A stretch of 64,000 nucleotides of DNA from NCBI GenBank assembly GCA_949289845.1, contig CASEPN010000001.1, forward strand, positions 118,887 through 182,886, given 5' to 3'. The notes under the pieces were generated by a model. It was not told the DNA's origin. It made no database searches and was given only the letters and a program-made list of their open reading frames with translations. This stretch comes from an uncultured Bacillota bacterium (GTDB lineage: Bacteria > Bacillota_I > Bacilli_A > RFN20 > CAG-826). The translations under genes were made by a program, and so were the position numbers. Below are positions 8,340-18,590 of this stretch, in pieces (positions within the stretch are counted from its first letter, which is position 1; each line of letters starts with the position of its first letter).

Positions 8340-9479
8340 ATGTCCACAAGGCTTGCGGCGATGATCCTCGCCGGCGGCAAGGGGACGCGCCTTCAGGCGC
8401 TGACCCGCAAGGTCGCCAAGCCCGCCGTCAGCTACGGCGGCAAGTACCGGATCATCGACTTCCCGCTCAGCAACTGCGCCAACACGGGGATCACCTCCGT
8501 CGGCGTCCTCACCCAGTACGAGTCGAGCGAGCTCAACACCTACGTCGGGAACGGCGAGAAATGGGGGCTGAACGGCGTGCGCTCCCTCACGAGCGTCCTC
8601 ACGCCGAAGCAGACGGAGGAAGGAAGCGCCTGGTACCTTGGGACGGCCGATGCCATCTACCAGAACATCGACTGGCTGGACCGGGTCGACCCCGAGTACG
8701 TGCTCATCCTTTCCGGGGACCACATCTACTCCTGCAGCTACGAGGCGATGCTGAGGACGCATCTTGAGAAGAAGGCGGACTGCACGATCAGCGCATACCC
8801 GGTCGCGATCGAGGAAGCCTCCCGCTTCGGGATCCTCGTCCCGGACGAGGAGGGGAACATCGTTGAGTTCGTCGAGAAGCCCCGCCGCCCAACCTCGAAC
8901 CTCGCCTCGATGGGCATCTACATCTTTACCTACAAGGTGCTCCGCGCCGAGCTCATCCAGGACGCGAAGGATCCGGAAAGCGAGCATGACTTCGGGAAGA
9001 ACATCATCCCGAAGATGCTCCGCGAGGGAAGGAGGATGGCCGTCCACCGCTATAGCGGCTACTGGCGGGATGTGGGGACCGTCGCCTCCCTCCACCAGGC
9101 GAACATGGACCTCCTGATGTCGGGCGGGGACAGCACGAACCTATACACCGTCCAGGGGCCGAACCGCATCTATAGCGAAGACCCCTTCAGCGTGCCCCAG
9201 TACATCGGGAATAAGGCCACCGTCCGCGACAGCCTCGTGAACCAGGGGGCGATCGTCGAGGGGATGATCGACCACTGCGTCGTCAGCGGCGGGGCCATCA
9301 TCGAGGAAGGCGCCATCTGCCGGAACTGCGTCATCATGAACGACGCCTGGATCCGGCGGGGCTCCCACGTCGAGAACTGCATCGTCGCCCCCCGCTCCGG
9401 GACGGAGGAAGGGGAGAACTTCAACGTCGGAGGCGAGAAGATCGACCTCCTGAGCAACAGCAAGGGGAGGAAGGACTGA
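8340..9479 (+). CDS. glgC: glucose-1-phosphate adenylyltransferase GlgC
   Basis: N-terminal 'AMILAGGKGTRL..LT...AKPAV.YGGKYRIIDF' is the canonical GlgC motif, with a left-handed beta-helix at the C-terminus. Confidence 0.9.
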   Translation: MSTRLAAMILAGGKGTRLQALTRKVAKPAVSYGGKYRIIDFPLSNCANTGITSVGVLTQYESSELNTYVGNGEKWGLNGVRSLTSVLTPKQTEEGSAWYLGTADAIYQNIDWLDRVDPEYVLILSGDHIYSCSYEAMLRTHLEKKADCTISAYPVAIEEASRFGILVPDEEGNIVEFVEKPRRPTSNLASMGIYIFTYKVLRAELIQDAKDPESEHDFGKNIIPKMLREGRRMAVHRYSGYWRDVGTVASLHQANMDLLMSGGDSTNLYTVQGPNRIYSEDPFSVPQYIGNKATVRDSLVNQGAIVEGMIDHCVVSGGAIIEEGAICRNCVIMNDAWIRRGSHVENCIVAPRSGTEEGENFNVGGEKIDLLSNSKGRKD

Positions 9480-10597
9480 TGAAGGACGTCATCGGGCTCG
9501 TCGACTGCCACACCTCGCCGCAGCTGGGGGAGCTGACCGCGCACCGCACGCTCGCCTCCACCAGCTTCCTCGGCCGCTACGCGTTCATCGACTTCGCGCT
9601 CTCCAACTTCTGCAACTCCGGCATCCCCGTCGTCGGGGTCCTCTGCCGCGACCACCAGCGCTCGCTCCTCAAGCACATGGGGAACATGCTCTCCTGGGTG
9701 AACAACACGAAGACCGGGCGCGTCCATATCTTCTACAACGAGAGGGGGATCCTGAACCCCGCCTACAACAGCGACATCGCCAACCTCCGGGTGAACGACT
9801 GGGTGCTCTACGACAGCGAGGCGAACTACGTCGTCTTCTGCTCGCCCCACATCCTCCTCAACATCGACCTCCAGCCGATCCTCGAGGAGCATATCGCCCG
9901 GCGGGAGGAGTGCACCCTCGTCTACAAGGAGATCGAGGACGCCGACAAGTCCTTCCTGGACGAGGACGTCCTTTCGCTCGACGAGGACGGCTACGTCGAG
10001 AGCATCCATCGGAACGACGGGACGAAGGCCAAGGCCCCCGTCTCCCTCGAGATCATCGTCATCAACCGCACGACGATGGCCGAGCTCACGCGCCGTCACC
10101 AGATGGTGGACGCCTCCTGGGGGATGAGGGAGATGCTCCCCTACTCCCTCCAGAACGGGCTCTTCAAGATCCACGCCAGGCGCTACGAGGGCTACGCCCG
10201 CTGCTTCGATTCCCTCAAGCACTACGTCGACTACAGCTTCGAGCTCCTCGACAGGAGGCTCGCCGACACCCTCTTCCTTCCCGACCGCCCCATCTACACC
10301 CTCACCCACGACACGCCCCCCGCCCTCTATGGCGAGGATTCCGTCGTGCGGAACTCCTTCGTCTCCAACGGCTGCCTCATCGAAGGCGAGGTCCAGGACT
10401 CGATCATCTGCCGGAACGTCCGCATCGGGAAGAAGGCGCGGGTCCGCCGCTCGATCGTGCTCTCGAACGTCGCCGTCGGGGATAGGGCCACCCTCCAGGA
10501 CGTCGTCGTCGACAAGTACGCCGTCGTCACCGCGCGCCACGGGGTCAAGGGCGACCCCGACAACCTCATCTACCTGCAGCAAGGAGCCATCCTATGA
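9479..10597 (+). CDS. glgD: glycogen biosynthesis protein GlgD (non-catalytic ADP-Glc pyrophosphorylase subunit)
   Basis: GlgC paralog lacking the G-rich catalytic loop ('VIGLVDCHTSPQLGELT'). Coupled to glgC (TGATG) and followed by glgA, as in Firmicutes glgCDA. Confidence 0.8.
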   Translation: MKDVIGLVDCHTSPQLGELTAHRTLASTSFLGRYAFIDFALSNFCNSGIPVVGVLCRDHQRSLLKHMGNMLSWVNNTKTGRVHIFYNERGILNPAYNSDIANLRVNDWVLYDSEANYVVFCSPHILLNIDLQPILEEHIARREECTLVYKEIEDADKSFLDEDVLSLDEDGYVESIHRNDGTKAKAPVSLEIIVINRTTMAELTRRHQMVDASWGMREMLPYSLQNGLFKIHARRYEGYARCFDSLKHYVDYSFELLDRRLADTLFLPDRPIYTLTHDTPPALYGEDSVVRNSFVSNGCLIEGEVQDSIICRNVRIGKKARVRRSIVLSNVAVGDRATLQDVVVDKYAVVTARHGVKGDPDNLIYLQQGAIL

Positions 10598-12030
10598 ACA
10601 TCGCGATGATCTCTAGCGAAGCCCTTCCCTTCTCCAAGAGCGGGGGCCTCGCCGACGTCGTCTACTCCCTCTCCAAGGCCCTCAAGGGCCTCCGCCAGAA
10701 CGTGGCGATCATCGTCCCCTTCTACCAGGCGAGCCTCGCCAAGGGGATCGACGCGGAGAAGGTCGCCGAGTTCGACGTCCGCATGTCCTGGCGCGACCAG
10801 AGGACCACCCTCTACAAGGCCGTGGCGGACGGGATCCTCTACTACCTCGTCGCCAACGACTACTACTTCCGGCGCGAGCGGATGTACGGGTACATGGACG
10901 ACGGGGAGCGCTTCGCCTTCTTCGCCCTGGCCGCGAGCGAGGCCCTCCGCCACCTCGAATGGAAGCCCGACGTCGTCCACGTCCACGACTGGCAGTCGGC
11001 GATCGTCCCGACCCTCGTGAGCGAGAACTACTACAACGACGACGCCTACAAGGGGATCCGCTTCGTCCTCACCATCCATAACCCCGCCTTCAAGGGGATG
11101 CTGGACCGCTACTTCCTCACTGACTTCTTCAACCTCCCCGACCACCTCTTCGACATCGGGAAGGTGCGCTTCGAGGGGATGTTCTCCACCCTCAAGAGCG
11201 GCATCGTCTATAGCGACCTCATCACCACCGTCTCGCCCACCCATCGGGAGGAGCTCCTCACCAGGGACGGGGGGCAGGGCCTCGACGGCGTCCTCGAGTA
11301 CCGCCGGGACGACTTCGTCGGGATCCTCAACGGGATCGACTACGGCGAGTGGAACCCCGAGAAGGACACCCGCATCGCGAAGACGTACGGGAAGGAGACC
11401 CTCGAGGAGGGGAAGCACCTCAACCAGAGCGACCTCCTGAAGGCGTACGGCCTCCACTGGTACGGCGGGCCCGTCTATGGGATCGTGAGCCGCCTCACGT
11501 GGCAGAAGGGGATCGACATCCTCCTCCCGGAGGCCCGCTCCATCCTCTCCAAGGGCGGGAACTTCGTCCTCCTCGGCTCCGGGGAGTACGAGCTCGAGCA
11601 GCGCTTCGAGGAGCTCCGGAGCCAGTACCCGGACACCTGCGGCATCTACATCGGCTACAACGACGCCCTCGCTCACAAGATCTACGCCGGCTCCGACTTC
11701 TTCATGATGCCCTCCCTCTTCGAGCCTTGCGGGCTCAGCCAGATGATCAGCCAGCGCTACGGGACGCTCCCGATCGTGCGCATGACCGGAGGACTCGCGG
11801 ACACCGTCCATCCCTACGACGGCATGATCACCGGGAACGAGGACGGCCTCGCCTTCCGCGACTATAATGTCGAGGGCCTCGACTACGCCGTCTATCGCGC
11901 GGAGGAGCTGTACCGGAACCAGGAGGGCTACTACAAGGTGGCCCGCGCCGCGATGGGACGGGACCACAGCTGGCGGACCTCCGCCCGCGGGTATCTCGCC
12001 GAGTACAAGAAGCTTCTCGCGAGGAAGTAG
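10594..12030 (+). CDS. glgA: glycogen synthase GlgA (GT5)
   Basis: 'MNIAMISSEALPFSKSGGLADVV' (KxGGL motif), 'VHVHDWQSA', 'PSLFEPCGLSQM'. Confidence 0.9.
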   Translation: MNIAMISSEALPFSKSGGLADVVYSLSKALKGLRQNVAIIVPFYQASLAKGIDAEKVAEFDVRMSWRDQRTTLYKAVADGILYYLVANDYYFRRERMYGYMDDGERFAFFALAASEALRHLEWKPDVVHVHDWQSAIVPTLVSENYYNDDAYKGIRFVLTIHNPAFKGMLDRYFLTDFFNLPDHLFDIGKVRFEGMFSTLKSGIVYSDLITTVSPTHREELLTRDGGQGLDGVLEYRRDDFVGILNGIDYGEWNPEKDTRIAKTYGKETLEEGKHLNQSDLLKAYGLHWYGGPVYGIVSRLTWQKGIDILLPEARSILSKGGNFVLLGSGEYELEQRFEELRSQYPDTCGIYIGYNDALAHKIYAGSDFFMMPSLFEPCGLSQMISQRYGTLPIVRMTGGLADTVHPYDGMITGNEDGLAFRDYNVEGLDYAVYRAEELYRNQEGYYKVARAAMGRDHSWRTSARGYLAEYKKLLARK

Positions 12031-12057
12031 CCACGGGGCCTCCAAGGAGGACCCTTT

Positions 12058-14460
12058 ATGTACGATCACAAGGCGATCGAGAGGAAGTGGAGGAAGCGCT
12101 GGGAGGAGGAGAAGACCTTCCGCTGCGACACGCACGACTTCTCGAAGCCGAAGTTCTACGCGCTCGACATGTTTCCCTTTCCTTCCGGGCAAGGGCTCCA
12201 CGTCGGGCATCCGGAGGGCTACACCGCGAGCGACATCGTCGCGCGCATGAAGAGGATGCAGGGCTATAACGTCCTCCATCCGATGGGCTGGGACGCCTTC
12301 GGGCTTCCCGCCGAGCAATACGCCATCGAGCATAACGAGCACCCCGAGATCTCGACGAGAAGGAACATCGACCATTTCCGCGAGCAGATCAAGTCGCTCG
12401 GGATGTCGATCGACTGGGACCGCGAGATCTCGACCATCGACCCTTCCTACTACAAGTGGACGCAGTGGATCTTCTGCCGCCTTTTCGAGCATGACCTCGC
12501 CTATCTCGCCGACGTCCCCGTGAACTTCTGTCCGGAGCTCGGGACCGTCCTCGCCAACGAGGAGGTGATCGACGGGAAGAGCGAGCGCGGGGGCTACCCC
12601 GTCGTAAGGATCCCGATGCGCCAGTGGATGCTCCGGATCACGCGCTACGCCGATAGGCTCGAGAAGGACCTCGAAGGACTCGACTGGCCGCGTTCGACGA
12701 TCGAGATGCAGAAGAACTGGATCGGCCGCTCCACGGGTGTGGAGATCCTTTTCAAGATCAAGGGAAGCGAGGAAAGCTTCCGCGTCTACACCACCAGGGT
12801 CGACACCCTCTACGGCTGCACCTACTGCTGCCTCGCCCCGGAGCACCCTCTCGTCAAGAAGCTCGCGACCCCGGAATGCCGGGAGGAGGTGGAGCGCTAC
12901 GTCAAGGAGAGCGCCAAGAAGAGCGACCTCGCCAGAACTGCCCTTTCCAAGGAAAAGACAGGGGTTCCGCTGGGGATTTTCGCGATCAATCCGATCAATG
13001 GCAAGGAAGTCCCGGTCTACGTCGCCGACTATGTCCTCGGCTCCTACGGGACGGGCGCCGTCATGGCGGTTCCCGCCCACGACCAGCGGGACTACGAGTT
13101 CGCGAAAGCCCACGGCCTTCCCATCGTCCAGGTGCTCGAGGGCGATGTCTCCGAGCATGCGATGGAGGATGACGCCCCCCACGTCCATTCCGGGGAGGCG
13201 GACGGGCTCCTCATCGAGGATGCCAAGAAGGTCATCGCCAGGAAGCTCAAGGAGATGGGCGCGGGCGAGGAGAAGGTGAACTACAAGCTCCGCGACTGGC
13301 TCTTCTCGAGGCAGCGCTACTGGGGCGAGCCGATCCCCGTCGTCCGGACCGAGGACGGGGAGGAAAGGATCCTTCCCGACGAGGAGCTACCCCTGGTCCT
13401 CCCCGAGCTCGGCGACTACACCCCGCGGAAGGACGGGAAGCCGCCCCTTTCCAAGGCTCCCGAGAGTTGGCTCCACGCGAAGGTGGACGGGATCGAGGGG
13501 GAGAGGGAGACGAACACCATGCCCCAGTGGGCGGGCTCCTGCTGGTACTACATCCGCTACATCGACCCTCATAACGAGAGCGCGATCGGGGAGAAGGAGC
13601 TCCTCGACCACTGGCTCCCGGTCGACCTTTACATCGGAGGCCAGGAGCACGCCGTCCTCCACCTCCTCTACGCCCGCTTCTGGCACAAGTTCCTCCACGA
13701 CATCGGGGTCCTTTCCTCCGAAGAGCCTTTCCAGCGCCTCTTCCACCAGGGGATGATCCTCGGGGCGAACGGGGAGAAGATGAGCAAGTCCCGGGGGAAC
13801 GTCGTGAACCCCGACGAAATCGTCGAGACCACGGGCGCCGACTCCCTCCGCCTCTTCGAGATGTTCGCCGGCCCCCTTTCCGACAGCAAGCCGTGGTCCA
13901 CGGAGGGCCTTAGGGGAGCCCGGCGCTTCATCGAGCGCGCCTTCCGCCTCGTCGACGGGGAAGAGGAGCGGGCCCGTTGGAGCGAGGAGGACTCCGGGGA
14001 GCTCAGCAAGGCCTACCACCAGATGGTGAAGAAATGCACCGAGGACTTCGAGTCGCTCGACTTCAACACCGGCATTTCCTCGATGATGGTGTTCGTTAAC
14101 GAGTGCTATAAGGCGAAGAGCCTCTACCGCCCTTACCTCGAGGGCTTCGCGAAGATCTTCTCCTGCGTCTGCCCCTTCGCCGGGGAGGAGATGTGGGAGA
14201 GGCTCGGCCACAACGGGACGATCGCCTACGAGAAGTGGCCTTCCTACGATGAGAAGGCGCTTCAGGTCGAGGAGGTCAAGGTCGCGCTCCAGGTGAACGG
14301 GAAGCTCCGCGACGTCCTTCTTCTCCGGAAGGACGCTTCCGAGGAGGAGGCGAAGGAAGCCGCCTTCGGGAGCGAGAAGGCGAAGCCCTTCCTCGAAGGG
14401 AAGACCCTCCGGAAGTTCGTCTACGTCCCTGGGAAGATCGTGAACGTCGTCGTCTCCTAG
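12058..14460 (+). CDS. leuS: leucyl-tRNA synthetase
   Basis: '[15 protein letters not shown]' (HIGH motif), 'KMSKSRGN' (KMSKS motif), 800 aa. Confidence 0.95.
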   Translation: MYDHKAIERKWRKRWEEEKTFRCDTHDFSKPKFYALDMFPFPSGQGLHVGHPEGYTASDIVARMKRMQGYNVLHPMGWDAFGLPAEQYAIEHNEHPEISTRRNIDHFREQIKSLGMSIDWDREISTIDPSYYKWTQWIFCRLFEHDLAYLADVPVNFCPELGTVLANEEVIDGKSERGGYPVVRIPMRQWMLRITRYADRLEKDLEGLDWPRSTIEMQKNWIGRSTGVEILFKIKGSEESFRVYTTRVDTLYGCTYCCLAPEHPLVKKLATPECREEVERYVKESAKKSDLARTALSKEKTGVPLGIFAINPINGKEVPVYVADYVLGSYGTGAVMAVPAHDQRDYEFAKAHGLPIVQVLEGDVSEHAMEDDAPHVHSGEADGLLIEDAKKVIARKLKEMGAGEEKVNYKLRDWLFSRQRYWGEPIPVVRTEDGEERILPDEELPLVLPELGDYTPRKDGKPPLSKAPESWLHAKVDGIEGERETNTMPQWAGSCWYYIRYIDPHNESAIGEKELLDHWLPVDLYIGGQEHAVLHLLYARFWHKFLHDIGVLSSEEPFQRLFHQGMILGANGEKMSKSRGNVVNPDEIVETTGADSLRLFEMFAGPLSDSKPWSTEGLRGARRFIERAFRLVDGEEERARWSEEDSGELSKAYHQMVKKCTEDFESLDFNTGISSMMVFVNECYKAKSLYRPYLEGFAKIFSCVCPFAGEEMWERLGHNGTIAYEKWPSYDEKALQVEEVKVALQVNGKLRDVLLLRKDASEEEAKEAAFGSEKAKPFLEGKTLRKFVYVPGKIVNVVVS

Positions 14461-14479
14461 CCCTGATTCCCCTCCGAGG

Positions 14480-14509
14480 GCCCTCTTCCAGTGGAGGAGG
14501 GCTCTTTTT
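14480..14509 (+). terminator. rho-independent terminator after leuS
   Basis: A hairpin of about 10 bp 'gccctcttcc-agt-ggaggagggc' followed by 'tcttttt'. Confidence 0.7.
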
Positions 14510-14572
14510 CGTTCCATAATCCCTCTGCGGGACACCTTCGGAGAGAAGGGTTCCAGCTAAGGAGATAGCCTT

Positions 14573-15319
14573 ATGGACCTAGCGATCGACGTCGGGAATA
14601 CCCTGACGAAGTTCGGGCTCGGGGAAGGAGGGGAGATTCTCTCTTCCTACGAGTTCCAGACCGAGCCTTCGAGGAGAAGGGACGAGATCCGTTCCCGGAT
14701 CCTCGCCTTCCTCGCGGGGGAAAGGCCCCGGAAGGCGATTCTTTCCTCGGTCGTGCCTTCCCTCCTCGGGGAGTATCGCGCGGCCCTGGAAGGGATCGCG
14801 GGAAGGCTCATCGTCCTCGGGCCCGGGCTCAGGACGGGGCTCGTCCTTCATGTGGAGAACCCCAAGGAAGTGGGCTCCGACCTCGTCGCGGGCGCCTACG
14901 CGGCGAAGTCCCTCTTCGGGAAGAGCCTCTTCATCGCGGACTTCGGCACGGCGACGAAATACATTTATCTAGACCAAGAGGCGCGTTTTGCGGGGCTTTC
15001 GATCGCGCCGGGCCTTGAAATCTCCGCGAAGGCGCTTTCCAAGGACGCTTCCGCGCTTCCGGAGGTGTCCTTGGAGATCCCTCCCTCCCCAGTCGGGAGG
15101 AACACGGTCCATTGCATGCAGTCGGGGATCCTCTACGGGAGAGCGTACGAATGCCTCGGGTTCCTCGAGTCCTTCTCCAAGGAGGCGGGGGTCGCGCTCC
15201 GCCCTATCCTCACGGGAGGGAATGCCCGGCACATCCTTCCCCTCCTCCCGTGCTTCGAGCATGAGGAGAACCTCGTGCTGAAGGGGCTCCTTCTCATCGG
15301 GGAGGGCTTTTCCCTATGA
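14573..15319 (+). CDS. coaX: type III pantothenate kinase
   Basis: 'MDLAIDVGNTLTKFGL' (the DxGNT motif of CoaX/Bvg accessory factor), 'GSDL', 'IADFGTAT'. Confidence 0.85.
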   Translation: MDLAIDVGNTLTKFGLGEGGEILSSYEFQTEPSRRRDEIRSRILAFLAGERPRKAILSSVVPSLLGEYRAALEGIAGRLIVLGPGLRTGLVLHVENPKEVGSDLVAGAYAAKSLFGKSLFIADFGTATKYIYLDQEARFAGLSIAPGLEISAKALSKDASALPEVSLEIPPSPVGRNTVHCMQSGILYGRAYECLGFLESFSKEAGVALRPILTGGNARHILPLLPCFEHEENLVLKGLLLIGEGFSL

Positions 15320-16014
15320 ACTGGGCGACGATCCTCTTCTGGGTGCTCCTTGTCCTCCTTCTTGCCTTGTTTCTGTTCCTCTATTCCAGGGGCAGGAGGC
15401 ACGAGGGGACGACCGCGCGCACGATCGCCACGGACGGCATCTTCTCCGCGATCATCCTTCTCCTCGGGCTCGTGCCCCAGCTTGGCTACATCCAGCTTTT
15501 CCCAGGGATCTCGCTGACCTTGAGCCATATCCCCGTCCTCATCGGGGCCGCCCTCTTCGGCTGGAAGAGAGGGGCCTTGTACGGGCTCCTTTTCGGCATC
15601 ACCTCCCTCATCCAGGGGGCGATCAACGGGACAGGGCTCAACGTCCTCTTCGTCTACCCATGGGTGAGCATCCCTCCCCGGGTCCTCTTCGGCCTCATCG
15701 CTGGTCTTTGCTTTGCACCCGCGCGCAGGAATCCTAAGATATGGCGGAGCGCGTTCCTGGAGGGCCTCGTCGCCTTCCTCATGACGGCGCTTCATACGGC
15801 CCTGGTGTTCGGCGACCTCCTGGTCTTCTTCCCGGAGGAGACGCTCGCCCTTCTGAGGAGCGTGGAGCCCGTCGCCCAGGGCGTGGGCTTCGCCTTCCTG
15901 GGGGCGCTTCTCCTCGGGGCGCTCGGGGAAGCGACGCTTGCCGCGCTCATCGTGCCTGCCGTCGGGAAGGGGGCCGAAGGGATCCTCCATGGGAGAGAAA
16001 GGGAAAGAAGATGA
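15316..16014 (+). CDS. ECF-transporter substrate-specific (S) component-like membrane protein, possibly for pantothenate (inferred from coupling to coaX)
   Basis: Six-TM small membrane protein. 'TIATDGIFSAIILLLGLVP..IPVLIGAALFGWKRGALYGLLFGITSL' is typical of ECF S components. ATGA overlaps with coaX upstream and the peptidase downstream. Confidence 0.5.
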   Translation: MNWATILFWVLLVLLLALFLFLYSRGRRHEGTTARTIATDGIFSAIILLLGLVPQLGYIQLFPGISLTLSHIPVLIGAALFGWKRGALYGLLFGITSLIQGAINGTGLNVLFVYPWVSIPPRVLFGLIAGLCFAPARRNPKIWRSAFLEGLVAFLMTALHTALVFGDLLVFFPEETLALLRSVEPVAQGVGFAFLGALLLGALGEATLAALIVPAVGKGAEGILHGRERERR

Positions 16015-17366
16015 ACTACCGCAAGATCGCGTCGAAGTACCGGAAGGAGGCGCTCCTCGCCCTCCAGAAATGGATCCAGTGCGCCTCGCCCTACGACGAG
16101 GCCACCGTCAAGAAGGACGCCCCCTACGGGGAAGGCGTCAGGAAGTCGCTCCGCTACTTCGGGGAGCTCGGGAGGAAGAACGGCTTCGCGGTTGACTGGT
16201 GCGATGGCTACTGCACTGAGCTTTCTTTCGGGGACAAGGGCCCTCTCATCGGGATCTACGGTCACGGGGACGTCGTCCCTGCCGGGGACGGCTGGAAGCA
16301 CAAGCCTTACGCGGGGACTTATGAGGACGGCGTCATCTACGGTCGCGGGGCGACCGACGACAAGGGCCCGATGATCGCCGCCTTCTACGCGACTAAGGCT
16401 CTCAAGGATCTCGGCCTCATCGACGGCTTCCGCGTGAAGATCGTCTGCGGGGGCGATGAGGAGAGGGGGAGCAGCTGCCTCAAGCACTACTTCAAGGAAC
16501 ATAAGGGCGAGGCCCCTGTCTTCGGCTTCACTCCCGATAGCGACTGGCCCCTCATCTACGGGGAGAAGGGGATGCGGGGCTACGAGCTCACGCTTCCCCT
16601 CGACCTTTCCCCGATCGTCGCGATGGAAGGAGGAAGCGTCCCGAACGCCGTCTGCGACTCGCTCCTCGTGACGATGGCGAAGAACCCCTCCCTTGAGAGG
16701 AAGCTCGCTTCCTCCGGCATTTCCTACGACGATCTTGGGAACGAGGTCCTCACGATGATCCGCTTCAAGGGAAAGAGCGCCCATGGCTCCACCCCGGAGC
16801 TCGGGACGAATGCCGCGGGCATCGCCTTCCGCTTCCTCGGCGAGGCCCTTGGGAAGAAGGAAGTCAGAAATCTCGGGGAAATCATCCTTTCCCCGGACGG
16901 CGCTTCCTGGGGAGGCGCCCACTCCTCCAAGGAGCTCGGGAAGGCCACCTACAACTACGGGGTCGTCCGCTACGACGCGAAGGGGCTCAGTATCTCGCTC
17001 GACTTCCGTTTCGGGGAAGAGTGCGACCCGGACGCGCTCATCCGCACGCTCAAGGAGAAGTCCGGAATGGAGGCAAAGTCCCTCTCGGAACACCACCATC
17101 TCCTTTTCGACAAGAAGAGCCCCTTGGTGAAGACCCTCCTTTCCGCCTACCGGATGGAGGCGCGCGACTACTTCGCCAAGCCCCTCGCCATCGGAGGAGG
17201 GACGTACGCGAAGGAAGCCCCGAACACAGTCGCCTTCGGCGCCTGCTTCAAGGGACGGGACGGGAACATGCACGGGGCCGAGGAATATATTCTCGAGAAG
17301 GACCTCCTCCTCGACATCGCCATCTACATGCGGGCCATCCTCGCCCTGGGGAAGAAGGCCCGGTGA
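16011..17366 (+). CDS. M20-family dipeptidase (PepV-like)
   Basis: 'HGDVVPAGDGW' and 'GRGATDDKGP' are M20 signatures. Start chosen at the ATG overlapping the upstream stop (ATGA). The longer ORF from 15741 overlaps the membrane gene. Confidence 0.8.
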   Translation: MNYRKIASKYRKEALLALQKWIQCASPYDEATVKKDAPYGEGVRKSLRYFGELGRKNGFAVDWCDGYCTELSFGDKGPLIGIYGHGDVVPAGDGWKHKPYAGTYEDGVIYGRGATDDKGPMIAAFYATKALKDLGLIDGFRVKIVCGGDEERGSSCLKHYFKEHKGEAPVFGFTPDSDWPLIYGEKGMRGYELTLPLDLSPIVAMEGGSVPNAVCDSLLVTMAKNPSLERKLASSGISYDDLGNEVLTMIRFKGKSAHGSTPELGTNAAGIAFRFLGEALGKKEVRNLGEIILSPDGASWGGAHSSKELGKATYNYGVVRYDAKGLSISLDFRFGEECDPDALIRTLKEKSGMEAKSLSEHHHLLFDKKSPLVKTLLSAYRMEARDYFAKPLAIGGGTYAKEAPNTVAFGACFKGRDGNMHGAEEYILEKDLLLDIAIYMRAILALGKKAR

Positions 17367-17980
17367 GGGGACGTTTCAAAAGCTGGGCGCCCTCCCTCCT
17401 GGAGGCGCATCCGGAGAAGGGCGTCTCCGGGAAGGAGGATCCCTTCTTCTCCCTCAGCCCCGACCTTGAGATCGGCGGGGGCAAGGGAATGTTCGCCATA
17501 AGGATGGCGAGGAAGGGAAGGAAGGTCCTTTCCCTGGAGCGGGACGTCTCCTCCGCGGGGGCCTTCCTCAAGAGGCTCCTCGCCTTGGAAGAGGAAGGGG
17601 AATCCCTCCCCGTCCGCCTCCTGCGGAAGGATTTCGACGAGGCGGGGGGCATCCTCGAGGGGCATCTCTTCCCGCGGATCTACCTGAACTTTAGCGATCC
17701 CTGGCCCAAGAAGAGGCACGAGAAGAGGAGGCTCACCTTCCATCCGCGTCTCCTAAGGATCGCCTCCTTCCTCGCCCCGGGCGGGGAGATACGCTTCAAG
17801 AGCGACCAGCTTCCCCTCTATGAGTTCACCCTCGAGGAATGCGGGAAGGCCGGGCTCAAGGTCATCTCCGCGAAGGAGGACTACTCTCTCGACGAGGAAG
17901 AGGACGCCATGAGCGAGTACGAGGAGAACTTCCGCAAGGAAGGGAAGAAGATCCATCGAATCATTATCAGGAGGGACTAG
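17363..17980 (+). CDS. trmB: tRNA (guanine46-N7)-methyltransferase TrmB
   Basis: 'LEIGGGKGMF' SAM motif, 'FSDPWPKKRHEKRRL', 'GEIRFKSDQLPLYE'. Putative GTG start overlapping the pepV stop (GTGA). The N-terminal 'RGRFKSWAP' resembles B. subtilis TrmB 'RMRHKPWAD'. Confidence 0.7.
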   Translation: MRGRFKSWAPSLLEAHPEKGVSGKEDPFFSLSPDLEIGGGKGMFAIRMARKGRKVLSLERDVSSAGAFLKRLLALEEEGESLPVRLLRKDFDEAGGILEGHLFPRIYLNFSDPWPKKRHEKRRLTFHPRLLRIASFLAPGGEIRFKSDQLPLYEFTLEECGKAGLKVISAKEDYSLDEEEDAMSEYEENFRKEGKKIHRIIIRRD

Positions 17981-17981
17981 A

Positions 17982-18590
17982 GTGAGATACCGCCTTTTCT
18001 ATGAGCACAGGACCATCGGGGACATCCTGATGCTCGTCTATGAGCCAAGGCTTGTCCCGGACAGGGTCGAGGAAGGAAGGGAGGCCGCCCTCCTCTACCG
18101 GGGGGATGTCCTCGTGGGAGTGAACTTCCTCAACGTCTCCAGGGCCATCCGCCTCAGGGCGCACGGGATGATCGCCACCCCGGGGGAGGAGCTTCTCCAC
18201 GTGGTGAACGCGCTTCTGGAGGAGAACGGGATCGCCCCCCTCCCCCCGACCACGGACACGGGCTTCCACGTCCTTTCGGTCACGAAGGTGGAGGAGCATC
18301 CTCTCGACGAGCGCCTCTTCATCCTGACCCTTTCCGATGGGACGAAAGAGATTCCCACGGTGAGCGGGCTTTCTCCCTTCCGCGAGGGGGACAAGGTCGT
18401 CTGCGCCCTCCCCGGAACCATCCTCCGGGACGGCACTCTCTTCGAAGCGGGCAAGGACCACGGGATCCCCGTGGAGGCGAAGGTCCTCTCCCCAAGGGAC
18501 CTCGCCCTTGGGGAGGAGGAAGAGACTCCCTTCCGCCCGGAAGGATACGAGGACGGGGAGGACTTCTATCTCCCCAAGGAGGGCAAGTGA
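17982..18590 (+). CDS. YtpR-like putative tRNA-binding protein (DUF4479 + tRNA_bind/Myf domain)
   Basis: Aligns over its full length to B. subtilis YtpR: 'MRYRLFYEHRTIGDILMLVY' vs 'MNAFYNKEGVGDTLLISL', and 'VTKVEEHPLDERLFILTL' vs 'VESKEKHPNADKLSVCKV'. Confidence 0.65.
   Translation: MRYRLFYEHRTIGDILMLVYEPRLVPDRVEEGREAALLYRGDVLVGVNFLNVSRAIRLRAHGMIATPGEELLHVVNALLEENGIAPLPPTTDTGFHVLSVTKVEEHPLDERLFILTLSDGTKEIPTVSGLSPFREGDKVVCALPGTILRDGTLFEAGKDHGIPVEAKVLSPRDLALGEEEETPFRPEGYEDGEDFYLPKEGK

Noticed and set aside
10570-13188. 872-aa ORF on the minus strand spanning glgA and leuS. Similar giant antisense ORFs include 29096..32047 (983 aa), 5413..6939 (508 aa), 9170..10582, 1964..2917 and 13387..14535.
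   Set aside because: They lie antisense to genes with strong homology (leuS, rnfA/E, apbE, trkH, glgD, rlmN/PP2C). Their composition is Arg/Pro/Gly/Asp-rich low-complexity sequence, typical of stop-poor frames in 65% GC DNA. They have no motifs.
15741-16010. Long N-terminal extension of the M20 peptidase ORF (start at 15741)
   Set aside because: The extension overlaps the upstream membrane-protein gene in another frame. The ATG at 16011 overlaps that gene's stop (ATGA) and gives a normal PepV N-terminus.
17021-17362. Pro/Arg-rich 5' extension of the trmB ORF (start at 17021)
   Set aside because: It overlaps the pepV coding region. TrmB homology begins only after the GTG at 17363.
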